Shown here in pieces: positions 46,046 through 56,731 of a DNA stretch of 64,000 bases. The notes below the pieces were generated by a model. The model worked only from the letters and a program-made list of their open reading frames with translations, made no database searches and was not told the DNA's origin. The first letter of the stretch is position 1. Every line of letters starts with the position of its first letter. Source of the DNA: Flavobacterium sp. (GTDB lineage Bacteria; Bacteroidota; Bacteroidia; Flavobacteriales; Flavobacteriaceae); assembly GCF_044339515.1 (NCBI RefSeq), contig NZ_JBIIVK010000007.1, positions 6,776 through 70,775 on the forward strand, in the 5' to 3' direction. The position numbers and the translations under genes were made by a program.

Positions 46046-46999
46046 ATGGCATTATCCAGAAAAAACAAATTGATTCTTATGAAAATAATCAGTTTGTTTT
46101 CTGTAGTGAGAGGCTATAATATTCCCATAATCATTTTAGCTCAATATCTTTCGGCCATATTTATACTTTCGCAAGAAAAAAGGGCATTAAATGTTATTTT
46201 AGATTTCAATTTGTTTATCATCGTGTTGGCCTCTTCGTTAACAATTGCGTCCGGCTATATTATCAATAGCTTTTACGATAGTCAAAAAGACTTGATTAAC
46301 AAGCCTAACAAAACGATGTTGGATCGTTTGGTTTCCCAAAAAACGAAACTACAAGTATATTTTGGACTTAATTTTTTTGTATTTCTGATAGCAACTTTAG
46401 TTTCTTGGCGTGCCGTTTTGTTTTTTTCGGTTTATATTTTTCTGATATGGTTTTATTCACATAAAATAAAAAAGTATCCGATTGTTGGAAATATAACCGC
46501 TGCATTGTTAGCCGTTTTACCTTTTTTTGCTATCCTATTGTATTATCAAAAAATTGATGCGATTCTTCAAAATTTGAATAATGAAAAGTACTATGTCATT
46601 TTTGCACATGCTTCATTCCTATTTCTATTGATTTTGATTCGCGAGATGATTAAAGATTTAGAAAATATTAAAGGTGATTTAGTTCAAAATTACCGAACTA
46701 TTCCGGTGATTTTAGGGGAAAATTTTTCCAAAAAAATCATTACATTTTTAGTTTTTTGTACCGTGATTCCGGTTTATATTCTTATCGAAATGTATGATGT
46801 GGGCTATATGGATATTTATTTTTACACCAGTTTTGGTGTGCTTATTTTTTTCTTGCTAAAATTATGGAAATCCGATTCAAAAGAAAATTACCTTCTTTTG
46901 CATAACATTCTCAAAATTATCATTGTGGCCGGAGTTTTTTGTATTGTTTTAATAAAACCTTCTGTGTTACTTAACGGTAGAGAAGTACTTGCTATCTAA
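46046..46999 (+). CDS. UbiA-family prenyltransferase (DGGGP-synthase-like)
   Basis: GYIINSFYDSQKDLINKP, REMIKDLENIKGD; multi-TM. Confidence 0.88.
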   Translation: MALSRKNKLILMKIISLFSVVRGYNIPIIILAQYLSAIFILSQEKRALNVILDFNLFIIVLASSLTIASGYIINSFYDSQKDLINKPNKTMLDRLVSQKTKLQVYFGLNFFVFLIATLVSWRAVLFFSVYIFLIWFYSHKIKKYPIVGNITAALLAVLPFFAILLYYQKIDAILQNLNNEKYYVIFAHASFLFLLILIREMIKDLENIKGDLVQNYRTIPVILGENFSKKIITFLVFCTVIPVYILIEMYDVGYMDIYFYTSFGVLIFFLLKLWKSDSKENYLLLHNILKIIIVAGVFCIVLIKPSVLLNGREVLAI

Positions 47000-47060
47000 A
47001 AGCGGAAAAACAACTTCTTAAACCAATTTTCAATTCCGTATCTTTGCAAAAATTTTAACG

Positions 47061-47936
47061 ATGAATAAAAAAGACGGAAGCAGCAGAAAATCAACTTCCA
47101 ACAAAAATACAAAAGGAAAACCAAGCGGTTTTAGTAAACCAAAACCGGCAATGGCAAAGCGTTCACAAAAACCTAAAAAAGCCACTCCTAATCCAGATGC
47201 TACTCCAGCTAAACCTAAAGTGAAATCAGATGATATTCGCTTAAATAAATACATTGCCAACTCCGGTGCTTGTTCACGTCGTGATGCGGATATTTACATT
47301 CAATCAGGAAATGTAAAAGTGAATGGCGAAGTGATTACCGAAATGGGATATAAAGTGAAACCCGGAGATGTGGTAAATTTTGATGGAGCAACCATTATTC
47401 CAGAGAAAAAAGAATACATTTTGTTGAATAAACCCAAAAATTTTACCACTTCAGTAGAGGATGACCGTGATATGCGAAATGTTTTTGAGTTGATTAAAAA
47501 TTCAACACAAGCAAAAGTGCAACCCATTGGCAGAATGGATAAAAATACCACAGGTTTACTGCTTTTCACCAATGATACTGATATGATTCGAAAATTCAGT
47601 TTACCGAATCAAAAGTCAACAAAAATATATCAAGTTACGCTTGACAAAAATTTAAAGTACGAGGACTTAGAGAAAATCGCCGGTGGGGTAACTTTTGAAG
47701 AACATAAATTGTATGTGGATGAAATTAGTTACATCGAAGACCAACCTAAAACGGAAGTTGGAATTAAGTTAAGAACGGCCAATGTTAAAGTGGTTCGTGC
47801 AATTTTTGAAAAGTTTAAGTACGATGTGTTAAAAGTAGATCGGGTTTCTTTTGCAGGTTTAACCAAGAAAAATCTACCGAGAGGAAATTGGCGATTTTTG
47901 ACAGAGCAAGAAATTATTAACTTGAAGAATTATTAA
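47061..47936 (+). CDS. S4-domain pseudouridine synthase (RluB/RluF-like)
   Basis: RLNKYIANSGACSRRDAD, GRMDKNTTGLL. Confidence 0.9.
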   Translation: MNKKDGSSRKSTSNKNTKGKPSGFSKPKPAMAKRSQKPKKATPNPDATPAKPKVKSDDIRLNKYIANSGACSRRDADIYIQSGNVKVNGEVITEMGYKVKPGDVVNFDGATIIPEKKEYILLNKPKNFTTSVEDDRDMRNVFELIKNSTQAKVQPIGRMDKNTTGLLLFTNDTDMIRKFSLPNQKSTKIYQVTLDKNLKYEDLEKIAGGVTFEEHKLYVDEISYIEDQPKTEVGIKLRTANVKVVRAIFEKFKYDVLKVDRVSFAGLTKKNLPRGNWRFLTEQEIINLKNY

Positions 47937-48298
47937 TGAATTCGCAGGAAATCACCTCAATAGCTTACAAGTGGTTTGAGGCATTTAATCAGCATAATTT
48001 AGAACAATTACTGTCTTTGTATGATGATAATGCTCAACATTTCAGTCCTAAACTAAAAATCAGAAAACCGGAAACCAATGGTTTAGTAATCGGTAAAGAA
48101 GCCATGCGAGAATGGTGGAAAGATGCGTTTGATCGATTGCCAACATTGCACTATAAAGTAACTTCGTTAACGGCAAATACGGATAGGGTATTTATGGAAT
48201 ATGTACGTTCTGTAGAAAATGAAGAAGATATGCTCGTGGCTGAGGTACTTGAAATTCGAGATGGAAAAATAGTTCTCTCCCGAGTTTACCATGGTTAA
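47936..48298 (+). CDS. NTF2/SnoaL-like protein
   Basis: WFEAFNQHNLEQLLSLYDD...GKIVLSRVYHG. Confidence 0.85.
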   Translation: MNSQEITSIAYKWFEAFNQHNLEQLLSLYDDNAQHFSPKLKIRKPETNGLVIGKEAMREWWKDAFDRLPTLHYKVTSLTANTDRVFMEYVRSVENEEDMLVAEVLEIRDGKIVLSRVYHG

Positions 48299-48307
48299 TA
48301 AAAAATA

Positions 48308-48345
48308 AAAAATCCCGAAATGATAGTCACTCGGGATTTTTTTGA
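48308..48345. terminator. Bidirectional terminator between convergent genes
   Basis: AAAAAATCCCGA...TCGGGATTTTTT. Confidence 0.8.
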
Positions 48346-48365
48346 ATTAAATTAACCTACTTTAT

Positions 48366-50501
48366 TTATTTTGATTTTTTATCTAAGCCTCGTTTTTTCA
48401 ATAATGGTTCGATACTTGGTTCTGCTCCTCTGAATTTTTTATACAAATTCATTGGTTCTTCTGTTCCTCCTCTTTCTAAGATATTTTTACGGAAAGAGTT
48501 TGCTTTTTCCGCATTGAATAAAGATGTTTTTTTAAACTGATCAAAAGCGTCCGTATCTAAAACTCCAGACCAAATATAGCTGTAATACCCAGCAGAATAG
48601 CCACCTGAGAACACATGACTAAAATAGTTTGCTCGATGTCTTGGAATAATGGAACTAATTAAACCTTTGTTGTTCATTGAATTCAGTTCAAAATCATTAG
48701 CAGTTCCGCTGATTGTTCCCTCTGAAGTGTGAAAATCCATATCTAAAAAGGCAGAAGCCAAATACTCTACAGTGGCAAAACCTTGTCCATAAGTACCGGC
48801 ATTAACTAACTTTTGAATTAAAGCATCCGGAATTACTTGTCCGGTTTTATAATGTTTTGCATACATTTTTAAAACTTCAGGATCTGCAGCCCAGTTTTCC
48901 ATTACTTGCGAAGGCAGTTCAACAAAGTCTCTTGAAACACTGGTTCCGGCCAGACTTTTATACGTTACATCGGATAATAATCCATGTAAAGCATGTCCAA
49001 ATTCATGAAAATAGGTAGTGACTTCATCAAATGTGAACAAAGCCGGTGTGTTTTCCGTTGGTTTAGAAAAATTACATACAATCGAAATGACGGGTGGAAT
49101 TCGTTTGCCATTGTCTGTAGATTGTGGGCGATAAGAGGTCATCCAAGCACCACCACGTTTTGAATCTCTTGGATAAAAATCCATATATAGAATCCCAACA
49201 TGATTTCCGTTTTTTTCAGTTACTTCCCAAACGGTAGCTTCGTTATGATAAGTGGGAACATCTTTTAATTCTTTGAATTTTAAACCGTATAATTTTTCGC
49301 AAACCATAAAAACGCCTTCGGTGGCAGCCTCCAAACTAAAATAGGGTCTTAATTCTTGTTCGTCTAAATCAAATTTTTGTTTTCTGATTTTTTCGCTATA
49401 ATAACGCCAATCATAGGGTTGAACCTCTCCTTGTATTCCTTCGTCCATCATCATTTTCTTAATCTCAGCTTCTTCCACGGTGGCTTTAGCCAATGCTGGT
49501 TCCCAAAGTTGATTTAAAAATTCCGTTACTTTTTCTGGAGTTTTTGCCATACTTTCTTCCAAAACATAATGAGCATGGGTTTTATAGCCTAATAATTTTG
49601 CTTTTTCGGATCTCAGTGAAGCCAAACGAATGGCATTGCTATTATTGTCAAATTCATTGCCATTGTTGCAACGGTTTTTATAGGCAGTCCAAATTTGTTC
49701 TCTCAATTTTCGATTAGAAGCATATTGAAGGAATGGCATTACACTCGAGTTTGACAAGGTGATAACCCATTTGCCTGGTTTACCTTTTGCTTTGGCAGTT
49801 TCGGCAGCTGCATCAATTAAATCAGCAGAAAGACCGGCTAAATCTTCTTTGTTATTAATAACTAACTCGTAATTATTGGTTTCTGATAGAATGTTTTGAC
49901 CAAATTTTAAAGTCAAAACAGCCATTTCACTATTTAATTCGCGAAGACGTTGTTTGTCTTTTTCATTTAAATTGGCACCACTTCGCACAAATCCTTTGTA
50001 AGTTTTCTCTAAAAGTTTATGTTGTTCAGGGTTTAATTTTAGTTTATCTTTTTGTTCCCAAACGGTTTTTACTCTGGTAAACAATTTGTCATTAAGATTG
50101 ATATTATCCCGGTGAGCCGACATTGAAGGAGCAATTTCTGTAGCTATTTTTTGAATTTCTTCATTGGTGTTGGCCGAATTCAAATTATAAAAAACGGTGG
50201 ACACATTGGACAATAATTCGCCTGAATTTTCTAATGCCAAAATAGTGTTTTCAAACGTTGGAACACTTTTGTTATTTACAATTGCTTTTATTTCAGCATC
50301 TTGCTTTTTTATACCCTCTTTTATAGCCACTGTAAAATGCTCATTCTTAATTAAATGAAATGGTGGAACATTAAAAGGTGTGTTATACGAATTGAGAAAA
50401 GGATTAGTGGAAAACGATGTTTTGAGTTCTTGTGCTTCAATTTGAGTAGTAGAAATTCCCATAAGCATGAGTACTAAAATTTTATTTTTCATTGGTAACA
50501 T
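48366..50501 (-). CDS. dcp: M3A metallopeptidase (peptidyl-dipeptidase Dcp-like), secreted
   Basis: KRGGAWM, FHEFGH, DFVELPSQ, YSAGYYSY; signal peptide. Confidence 0.9.
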   Translation of the reverse strand: MLPMKNKILVLMLMGISTTQIEAQELKTSFSTNPFLNSYNTPFNVPPFHLIKNEHFTVAIKEGIKKQDAEIKAIVNNKSVPTFENTILALENSGELLSNVSTVFYNLNSANTNEEIQKIATEIAPSMSAHRDNINLNDKLFTRVKTVWEQKDKLKLNPEQHKLLEKTYKGFVRSGANLNEKDKQRLRELNSEMAVLTLKFGQNILSETNNYELVINNKEDLAGLSADLIDAAAETAKAKGKPGKWVITLSNSSVMPFLQYASNRKLREQIWTAYKNRCNNGNEFDNNSNAIRLASLRSEKAKLLGYKTHAHYVLEESMAKTPEKVTEFLNQLWEPALAKATVEEAEIKKMMMDEGIQGEVQPYDWRYYSEKIRKQKFDLDEQELRPYFSLEAATEGVFMVCEKLYGLKFKELKDVPTYHNEATVWEVTEKNGNHVGILYMDFYPRDSKRGGAWMTSYRPQSTDNGKRIPPVISIVCNFSKPTENTPALFTFDEVTTYFHEFGHALHGLLSDVTYKSLAGTSVSRDFVELPSQVMENWAADPEVLKMYAKHYKTGQVIPDALIQKLVNAGTYGQGFATVEYLASAFLDMDFHTSEGTISGTANDFELNSMNNKGLISSIIPRHRANYFSHVFSGGYSAGYYSYIWSGVLDTDAFDQFKKTSLFNAEKANSFRKNILERGGTEEPMNLYKKFRGAEPSIEPLLKKRGLDKKSK

Positions 50502-50565
50502 AATTTATGTTGCCAAAGTAATGATTTTTTGACGGTAGGGTTTTTAGATTAACTTATTTTTAAGA

Positions 50566-50598
50566 CAAAAAGCCAATCAAAATCAATGATTGGCTTTA
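50566..50598 (-). terminator. Terminator hairpin after the large T9SS-B gene
   Basis: AAAGCCAATCA...TGATTGGCTTT. Confidence 0.75.
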
Positions 50599-50617
50599 AA
50601 ATTGAAACTTAACTTTT

Positions 50618-53600
50618 TTATCTGCTTTCCTCCCGCATGATGTAAATCCAGCCGCTCTTAGATTCGCCATTTCTGAATTCAATGAAGTAATAATAAGTGG
50701 CAGAAGGTAACTCTTTTCCATCATCAGTCTGGCCGAACCATTGATTGGTATAATTGTTCTGTGTGTACACTTTTCTTCCATAACGATTAAAGATGGAAAG
50801 TTTTTCTACATCCAATAAGGCTAAATCGAAAAAGTCATTTAAATTATCTCCGTTGGGCGAAATTCCTTTTTGAATTCCACAAAAAATCGTTGGAATGCTG
50901 ATGTTTTCTTCTGCAAAACAGCCGTCAATAGAGGTAGCCCTTACCGTAAAGAATAATGGAAAAGTTTCAGTCTGAGGCGTACTTCGGATGTATTCAGTAA
51001 TGTTAAAAGTGGAAGAGTTTGTTCCGACAACCGTACCATTTTCATTTATCCAGGAATAATCTGTTAAAATCACATTGGAGTTGTCATTAAGTTCTACACC
51101 AATGGTGAATTGGTTGTTTTCACACTGGTCAAAAATTTCTATCGAAAAAGTAGGTAAAACAGCAATAGTAGTTGAAAAACCAGTTGCACAAGATGTACTT
51201 GCTGGTGTAAAGGTATAAAGTGTATCGTTGGTGGAATTAATTGTTGATGGATTCCAGGTTCCGATTATCCCGTTTTCAGATTCAGTAGGTAATGTTTCAG
51301 CATTACTATTGAAACAAATTGAAGAAGGAAGCGAAAATACAGGTGTAATTGGGTCATTTACAATTACATTCAATATAAAACTTTCGGCACAATCATCTGA
51401 AGGTTCAAAAGTATAATTAGCTGGCTTTGTATTGTCTATTGATGCCGGAGTCCAAACACCATTCATACCATTATTATCTAAGGTCGGAAGACTTGGAACA
51501 GTTTCACCAGAGCAGATGGTTAATTGATTTCCAAAAGAAAAAACAGGAGTAACCTGTGTTGAAACAGTCACAGTTAAAGTAAAACTTTCGACACAAGCAT
51601 CTGTTGGTTCAAAAGTATAATTAGCTGTTTGTGTATTATCTATTGATGCCGGTGTCCAAATACCATTCACACCATTGTTATCTGTGGTTGGAAGATTTGG
51701 AACAGTTTCACCAGAGCATATGGTTATAGCATTTCCAAAGTTGAAAACGGGTGTAACTAATTCATTTACAATAACCGTTAAAATAAAATTTGATGCACAT
51801 TCAGAATTGTTAACTATAAAAGTATAAGTATTTCCTACTTCATTATCAATCGTAGCAGGCTCCCAAAAACCATTGACACCGTTGTTGTCTTCCGCGGGTA
51901 AGACAGGTATTTCATCACCTGAACAAATGGTAAGATTGTTTCCAAAATCGAAAACAGGTGTTGGAAAGTTGTTGACTGTAACCGTTAAAATGAATGTAGT
52001 AGCACATTGGTTTTCATCGGGTGTAAAGGTGTAGTTTCCGGATTGTGTGTTGTCAATCGTAGTAGGATTCCAATTTCCGGTTATACCATTGTTATCAGAA
52101 GTCGGTAAACTTGGTACAGGTTGATTGAAACAAATTACGATAGTTTCACCAAAATTAAATACAGGTACAGCTTCATTATTCGGCTGGTTTAGAGCCACTT
52201 CAAGTGACTGACTAAAACATCCGGTTATTATATCTCGTACAACAACGGTATAATTTCCGGGTTCTAAATCTTCAAAAAACGGATTGGTTTGAAATGAAAT
52301 ACCGTTATCAATACTATATTCATACGACGAAGAAGACACATTAATAAATTCTCCAACATTTGTATAGTCTTGCGGGTCAATAACTTCCCAATCAGCAGCA
52401 TTCCACGTTGAGCTTGGAGCGGAAGCAGTAGCTAATCTTCTGTATGTGTATCCGGGTTCATTGTTTGGAGTAAATGCTTCACCATCTATTCTTCCCCATA
52501 CATCAATTTCAGCATCGGCAGAGTTTGTCAAGCGGATGTTGTCATCAATATTGACTCCACCACAACCTGCAAATACCAAATCAGGAACCACTCCTCCTTG
52601 ATTCCCATTACTTCCAATCGAAATGATACGCACAGAATTAGTATTAATCAAACCACTCAGTAACAAATTACAAGACGGATTGGTGTTTCCATTATTGTAT
52701 ACTTTAATACGATAATTTGATAAATCAATAGTACTCCCGGTTCCATTGAACAATTCAATGTATGTTAAAGAACCAATCGATTCATCGGTAACTTCAGAGA
52801 TAATCAAGTCAGAATATAAATTTCCACTCGACACCGGACTAGTTACCGTTATACTCCCAATTGGATCAGGACAAGTGGGTTGAACAACCGTAACCGTTGG
52901 TAATAGCTGGTTATTTTGTAGAAATAAAACAGCTAATGTTTCGTTACTTTCACAACCGTTTACAGTTTGAGTAACATAATAGGTTGTATTATTCACTAGA
53001 GGTGTATCTGATGTCAAAGGAATTGTTCCATCAGCATCTGCATACCATTGTAAATTGGTTCCATTCACTACTAAAAAATTTAGTGTAAAAACCACAGTTA
53101 AAGGGCTACAAATAGTTTGAGTCGTTTCTCCGGTTGGAGCAGCAGGAGCAGGGTTGATGGTTAACGTAACTGCTGTTCGAGTTAAACTAATGCAATTGGA
53201 AGTTTCATTTTGTCCTTCAGCATAATAAGTGATACTTCCAACAGTTCCCAAAGTTGGGTTTGTTACGATATTTCCATCTACTTCTGCATCATACCAAACA
53301 ATAATTGAACCATCTGATGTTGTTGCATTTGCTGTTAATGTTTGAATCGGACTTGCCTCGCAAACCGTTTGATTTCCTCCTGAAGTGGGCGGATTTACCG
53401 TCGGATCGTTTAATACTACTGAATTATTTACCGTTGTGGAACAATTGTTAATTGCAAAATTAAAATTACTATAATTTCCGGCTGTCAGATTTGAAAGGAT
53501 AAATTCACCATTATTATCAGCCGTAATTGAATTAGGACCAATGGTGGAACCTCCATCTGAATAAGAAAATGCATAGGTTGAATCCGGATTCAAATTCGAA

Positions 53601-54277
53601 AGGGTTATACTTCCATCAGCACCGGAACAAGTGGATGGATTGGATGATATAAACGTTGGATTGGTTCTCACTGAGAAGAAGGCTTTATAATTATTTCCAC
53701 CGTCGTTAACAAAAACAATGTCATCACATTCTGTGGAAGAATTCAAATCTCCAGTGGCTTCAAAAAATACTTCCAACACATAGTTTCCGGGAGCAAACGT
53801 TGTTAAGTCAATTGGTGCAAAAGGAGTTGTTTCCCCATCAGCAATAACTCTTTGCCATTTTTGATCACCTTCGCCACAGGGTCCACCGGAAGGGAATTCA
53901 CTAATTGCCGTGTTACAGTCATTAAAAAATGGAAAATCAATAGTGTTAAATCCGCCGGGAATATCTGATTCAAGGTAAATTCGGTAGTTCATTCTAACAC
54001 TACAAGCATTACCGTTGCTGTTTTTAAATGTTTTCACTTCACCACCGCGTAATATAAACGTTCCGGAGTTTTGAATAAAAACACCAAAATTGGTATTCGT
54101 AAACACATTTTCAGGTGGGCCAATCAAGCTCGGACCTTCGCCGGTTGTGTTAAAAAAGTTGGAAGTAGTACAATCTGTTAACCAAACAGCCGAGGCAAAA
54201 GTCCCGAAATTTTGGCTAAACAGAGAGGAGAATGAAATTAAAAACAAAGAACAGAAAAGTTTAGTAATTCTTTTCAT
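50618..54277 (-). CDS. Large surface protein with T9SS type-B (gliding-motility-associated) C-terminal domain, lamin-tail-like domain and five ~68-aa repeats
   Basis: C-terminus ISPNGDNLND...IFNRYG...W.G...LPSATYYY; LIISEV...YIELFNGTG. Confidence 0.88.
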   Translation of the reverse strand: MKRITKLFCSLFLISFSSLFSQNFGTFASAVWLTDCTTSNFFNTTGEGPSLIGPPENVFTNTNFGVFIQNSGTFILRGGEVKTFKNSNGNACSVRMNYRIYLESDIPGGFNTIDFPFFNDCNTAISEFPSGGPCGEGDQKWQRVIADGETTPFAPIDLTTFAPGNYVLEVFFEATGDLNSSTECDDIVFVNDGGNNYKAFFSVRTNPTFISSNPSTCSGADGSITLSNLNPDSTYAFSYSDGGSTIGPNSITADNNGEFILSNLTAGNYSNFNFAINNCSTTVNNSVVLNDPTVNPPTSGGNQTVCEASPIQTLTANATTSDGSIIVWYDAEVDGNIVTNPTLGTVGSITYYAEGQNETSNCISLTRTAVTLTINPAPAAPTGETTQTICSPLTVVFTLNFLVVNGTNLQWYADADGTIPLTSDTPLVNNTTYYVTQTVNGCESNETLAVLFLQNNQLLPTVTVVQPTCPDPIGSITVTSPVSSGNLYSDLIISEVTDESIGSLTYIELFNGTGSTIDLSNYRIKVYNNGNTNPSCNLLLSGLINTNSVRIISIGSNGNQGGVVPDLVFAGCGGVNIDDNIRLTNSADAEIDVWGRIDGEAFTPNNEPGYTYRRLATASAPSSTWNAADWEVIDPQDYTNVGEFINVSSSSYEYSIDNGISFQTNPFFEDLEPGNYTVVVRDIITGCFSQSLEVALNQPNNEAVPVFNFGETIVICFNQPVPSLPTSDNNGITGNWNPTTIDNTQSGNYTFTPDENQCATTFILTVTVNNFPTPVFDFGNNLTICSGDEIPVLPAEDNNGVNGFWEPATIDNEVGNTYTFIVNNSECASNFILTVIVNELVTPVFNFGNAITICSGETVPNLPTTDNNGVNGIWTPASIDNTQTANYTFEPTDACVESFTLTVTVSTQVTPVFSFGNQLTICSGETVPSLPTLDNNGMNGVWTPASIDNTKPANYTFEPSDDCAESFILNVIVNDPITPVFSLPSSICFNSNAETLPTESENGIIGTWNPSTINSTNDTLYTFTPASTSCATGFSTTIAVLPTFSIEIFDQCENNQFTIGVELNDNSNVILTDYSWINENGTVVGTNSSTFNITEYIRSTPQTETFPLFFTVRATSIDGCFAEENISIPTIFCGIQKGISPNGDNLNDFFDLALLDVEKLSIFNRYGRKVYTQNNYTNQWFGQTDDGKELPSATYYYFIEFRNGESKSGWIYIMREESR

Positions 54278-54444
54278 ATGGATTTTAAATTTGATTTTAG
54301 ACTATATTATGAACTAAGGTAAGTATTTTTAAAGAAATCTAAATTAGGGGAACGTTATTTTTATAAAAAAGCAATTCGCAAACGTTATAGTTTGATAAAT
54401 AAATTTTTTGAGATAAAAAAACCCCAACTTTCGTTGAGGTTTAG

Positions 54445-54526
54445 TGCGGGTAAAAGGACTCGAACCTTCACACCTTGCGGCACCAGATCCTAAGTCTGGC
54501 GTGTCTACCAATTTCACCATACCCGC
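54445..54526 (-). tRNA. tRNA-Leu (TAG)
   Basis: Reverse complement GCGGGTATGG...CCAGA-CTTAGGA-TCTGG, long variable arm, GTTCGAG...TACCCGCA. Confidence 0.97.
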
Positions 54527-54662
54527 GGGCGAATAAAAACAGTAGCTGTTTCAATAAGTGGGTGCAAATATAGAGATTATTTTGAATTTTAATCAAGAAG
54601 AATCAATTTTTTTACCCTTAATTTTTTCGTACTTTTGAACTTTATCATTTTTACTTTTTATA

Positions 54663-56051
54663 ATGGACAACATAAAAAATTACGTTCAACAAAACAAAGA
54701 ACGATTCATAAGTGAACTGATTGATTTACTTAAAATTCCATCCGTAAGTGCTGATTCGGCTTATGCTCAAGATGTTATAGATACTGCCGAAGCCGTAAAA
54801 GCCAGCCTCGAAAAAGCCGGATGCGACCTCGTGGAACTCTGCGAAACTCCCGGTTATCCAATTGTTTACGGAGAAAAAATCATCGACAAGAATTTGCCAA
54901 CCGTTTTGGTGTACGGACATTACGACGTGCAACCGCCCGACCCAATGGATTTATGGACTTCGCCACCGTTTGAACCGGTAATCAAAACTACCGAAATTCA
55001 CCCTGAAGGAGCTATTTTTGCAAGAGGATCTTGTGACGATAAAGGGCAAATGTACATGCATGTGAAAGCATTTGAGTACATGATTGCCAACAATTGCTTG
55101 CCTTGCAACGTCAAATTTATGATTGAAGGAGAAGAGGAAGTAGGTTCAAAAAGCCTCAGCTGCTTCGTAGAACGCAACCAAGTAAAACTAGCCAACGACG
55201 TGATTTTGATTTCTGATACCGGAATGATTTCCAACCAACAACCTTCCATCACAACAGGTTTAAGAGGTTTAAGTTATGTTGAGGTAGAAGTAACTGGACC
55301 CAATCGTGATTTACATTCTGGTCTGTACGGCGGTGCGGTTGCCAACCCAATCAATGTTTTGACCAAGATGATTGCGTCACTTCACGACGAAAATAATCAA
55401 ATTACCATCCCCGGTTTTTATGACAAAGTGGAAGAACTTTCTACTGAAGAAAGAGCCGAAATGGCCAAAGCACCTTTTTCACTAGACGACTACAAAAAAG
55501 CATTGGATATTGCCGACATTCATGGCGAAACCGGATATGTAACCAACGAACGCAACTCTATCCGACCCACGTTAGATGTCAACGGAATCTGGGGAGGCTA
55601 TACCGGAGAAGGTGCCAAAACCGTGATTGCCAGCAAAGCGTACGCCAAAATTTCCATGCGATTAGTGCCGAACCAAGATTGGCAAGAAATCACCGAATTA
55701 TTCAAAAACCACTTCGAAAGCATCGCACCCAAATCGGTTAAAGTGAAAGTTACCCCACATCATGGTGGACAAGGTTACGTAACGCCCATCGACAGCATCG
55801 GCTATCAAGCGGCCAATAAAGCTTACACTGAAACCTTTGGTGTTCCGGCTATTCCTGTTCGTTCAGGTGGAAGTATTCCGATTGTCGCTCTGTTCGAAAA
55901 AGAATTAAAATCCAAAACCATCTTAATGGGATTCGGTCTCGACAGCGATGCCATCCATTCGCCCAACGAGCATTTCGGAATCTTCAATTATCTCAAAGGA
56001 ATCGAAACCATTCCGTTGTTTTACAAATATTTTGTGGAGTTAAGTAAATAA
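54663..56051 (+). CDS. M20-family dipeptidase (CNDP-like)
   Basis: YGHYDVQP, RGSCDDKG, EGEEE, HSG, HSPNE. Confidence 0.93.
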   Translation: MDNIKNYVQQNKERFISELIDLLKIPSVSADSAYAQDVIDTAEAVKASLEKAGCDLVELCETPGYPIVYGEKIIDKNLPTVLVYGHYDVQPPDPMDLWTSPPFEPVIKTTEIHPEGAIFARGSCDDKGQMYMHVKAFEYMIANNCLPCNVKFMIEGEEEVGSKSLSCFVERNQVKLANDVILISDTGMISNQQPSITTGLRGLSYVEVEVTGPNRDLHSGLYGGAVANPINVLTKMIASLHDENNQITIPGFYDKVEELSTEERAEMAKAPFSLDDYKKALDIADIHGETGYVTNERNSIRPTLDVNGIWGGYTGEGAKTVIASKAYAKISMRLVPNQDWQEITELFKNHFESIAPKSVKVKVTPHHGGQGYVTPIDSIGYQAANKAYTETFGVPAIPVRSGGSIPIVALFEKELKSKTILMGFGLDSDAIHSPNEHFGIFNYLKGIETIPLFYKYFVELSK

Positions 56052-56111
56052 ATCAACCGCAAATTCGCAAATTATATTACCGTTTATTCCGTGGAGTAAG
56101 CGGTTTTTTTA

Positions 56112-56256
56112 TGGCCCCATTTCGGGCTATTCGCTGCAAGTCCTCGTCCGTTGGTTGGTTTTTTGTCGGGTTGGGCTCGGCTTCCGTTGGTCGCCGGCCC
56201 AACCCGCAAAAAGCACAACCCCCGTCCTGTGGGCTTTCCGCTGCTATCCCGGGTGC
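56112..56256 (+). ncRNA. Structured intergenic element, copy 2
   Basis: TCGGGCTATTCGCTGCAAGTCCTCG...GGGTTGGGC..CTTCCGTTGGTCG..GCCCAACCC...GGGCTTTCCGCTGCTATCCC. Confidence 0.6.
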
Positions 56257-56303
56257 AATCTATACTTTCAATCTGCATTTTTTAAAAATATTCTTCCAAA
56301 AAA

Positions 56304-56338
56304 TTTGCACAATAAAATTTATATTCTACATTTGTAGA
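56304..56338 (+). promoter_or_regulatory. blaI-like promoter overlapped by a BlaI/CopY-type operator
   Basis: TTTG-N19-TACATTTG; palindrome TCTACA-TT-TGTAGA (TACAnnTGTA box) at 56325-56338. Confidence 0.85.
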
Positions 56339-56359
56339 GTTAATTCTAAAAACATAGAG

Positions 56360-56731
56360 ATGAATTTGTCCAATGCAGAAGAACAATTAATGGAACATTT
56401 ATGGAAACTTGAAAAAGCATTTATGAAAGAATTGCTAGAAGTTTATCCTGAACCAAAACCAGCCACAACCACAATAGCTACACTATTAAAAAGGATGATA
56501 GACAAAAAATTTGTTGATTATCAAGAGTTTGGCAATTCACGACAATATTATCCATTAGTTAAAAAGTCCGATTATTTTTCAAAACACGTCAACGGATTAA
56601 TCAAAAATTTCTTCAACGATTCGGCTTCGCAGTTTGCCTCTTTCTTTACAAAAGAAACGAATCTAACTGAAAAAGAACTGGAAGAACTCAAAAAAATCAT
56701 TGACGTAGAACTTCAAAAAAAGAAAAAATGA
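56360..56731 (+). CDS. BlaI/MecI/CopY-family repressor
   Basis: MNLSNAEEQLMEHLW...TTIATLLKRM; true ATG at 56360. Confidence 0.93.
   Translation: MNLSNAEEQLMEHLWKLEKAFMKELLEVYPEPKPATTTIATLLKRMIDKKFVDYQEFGNSRQYYPLVKKSDYFSKHVNGLIKNFFNDSASQFASFFTKETNLTEKELEELKKIIDVELQKKKK

Noticed and set aside
43553-46999. Mevalonate and archaeal-like prenyltransferase genes as recent horizontal acquisitions
   Set aside because: The mevalonate pathway and this gene arrangement are established features of flavobacteria.
56111-56359. N-terminal extension of the 206-aa ORF 56111-56731
   Set aside because: It reads through the structured repeat and the promoter. BlaI homology, promoter and operator all point to ATG 56360.
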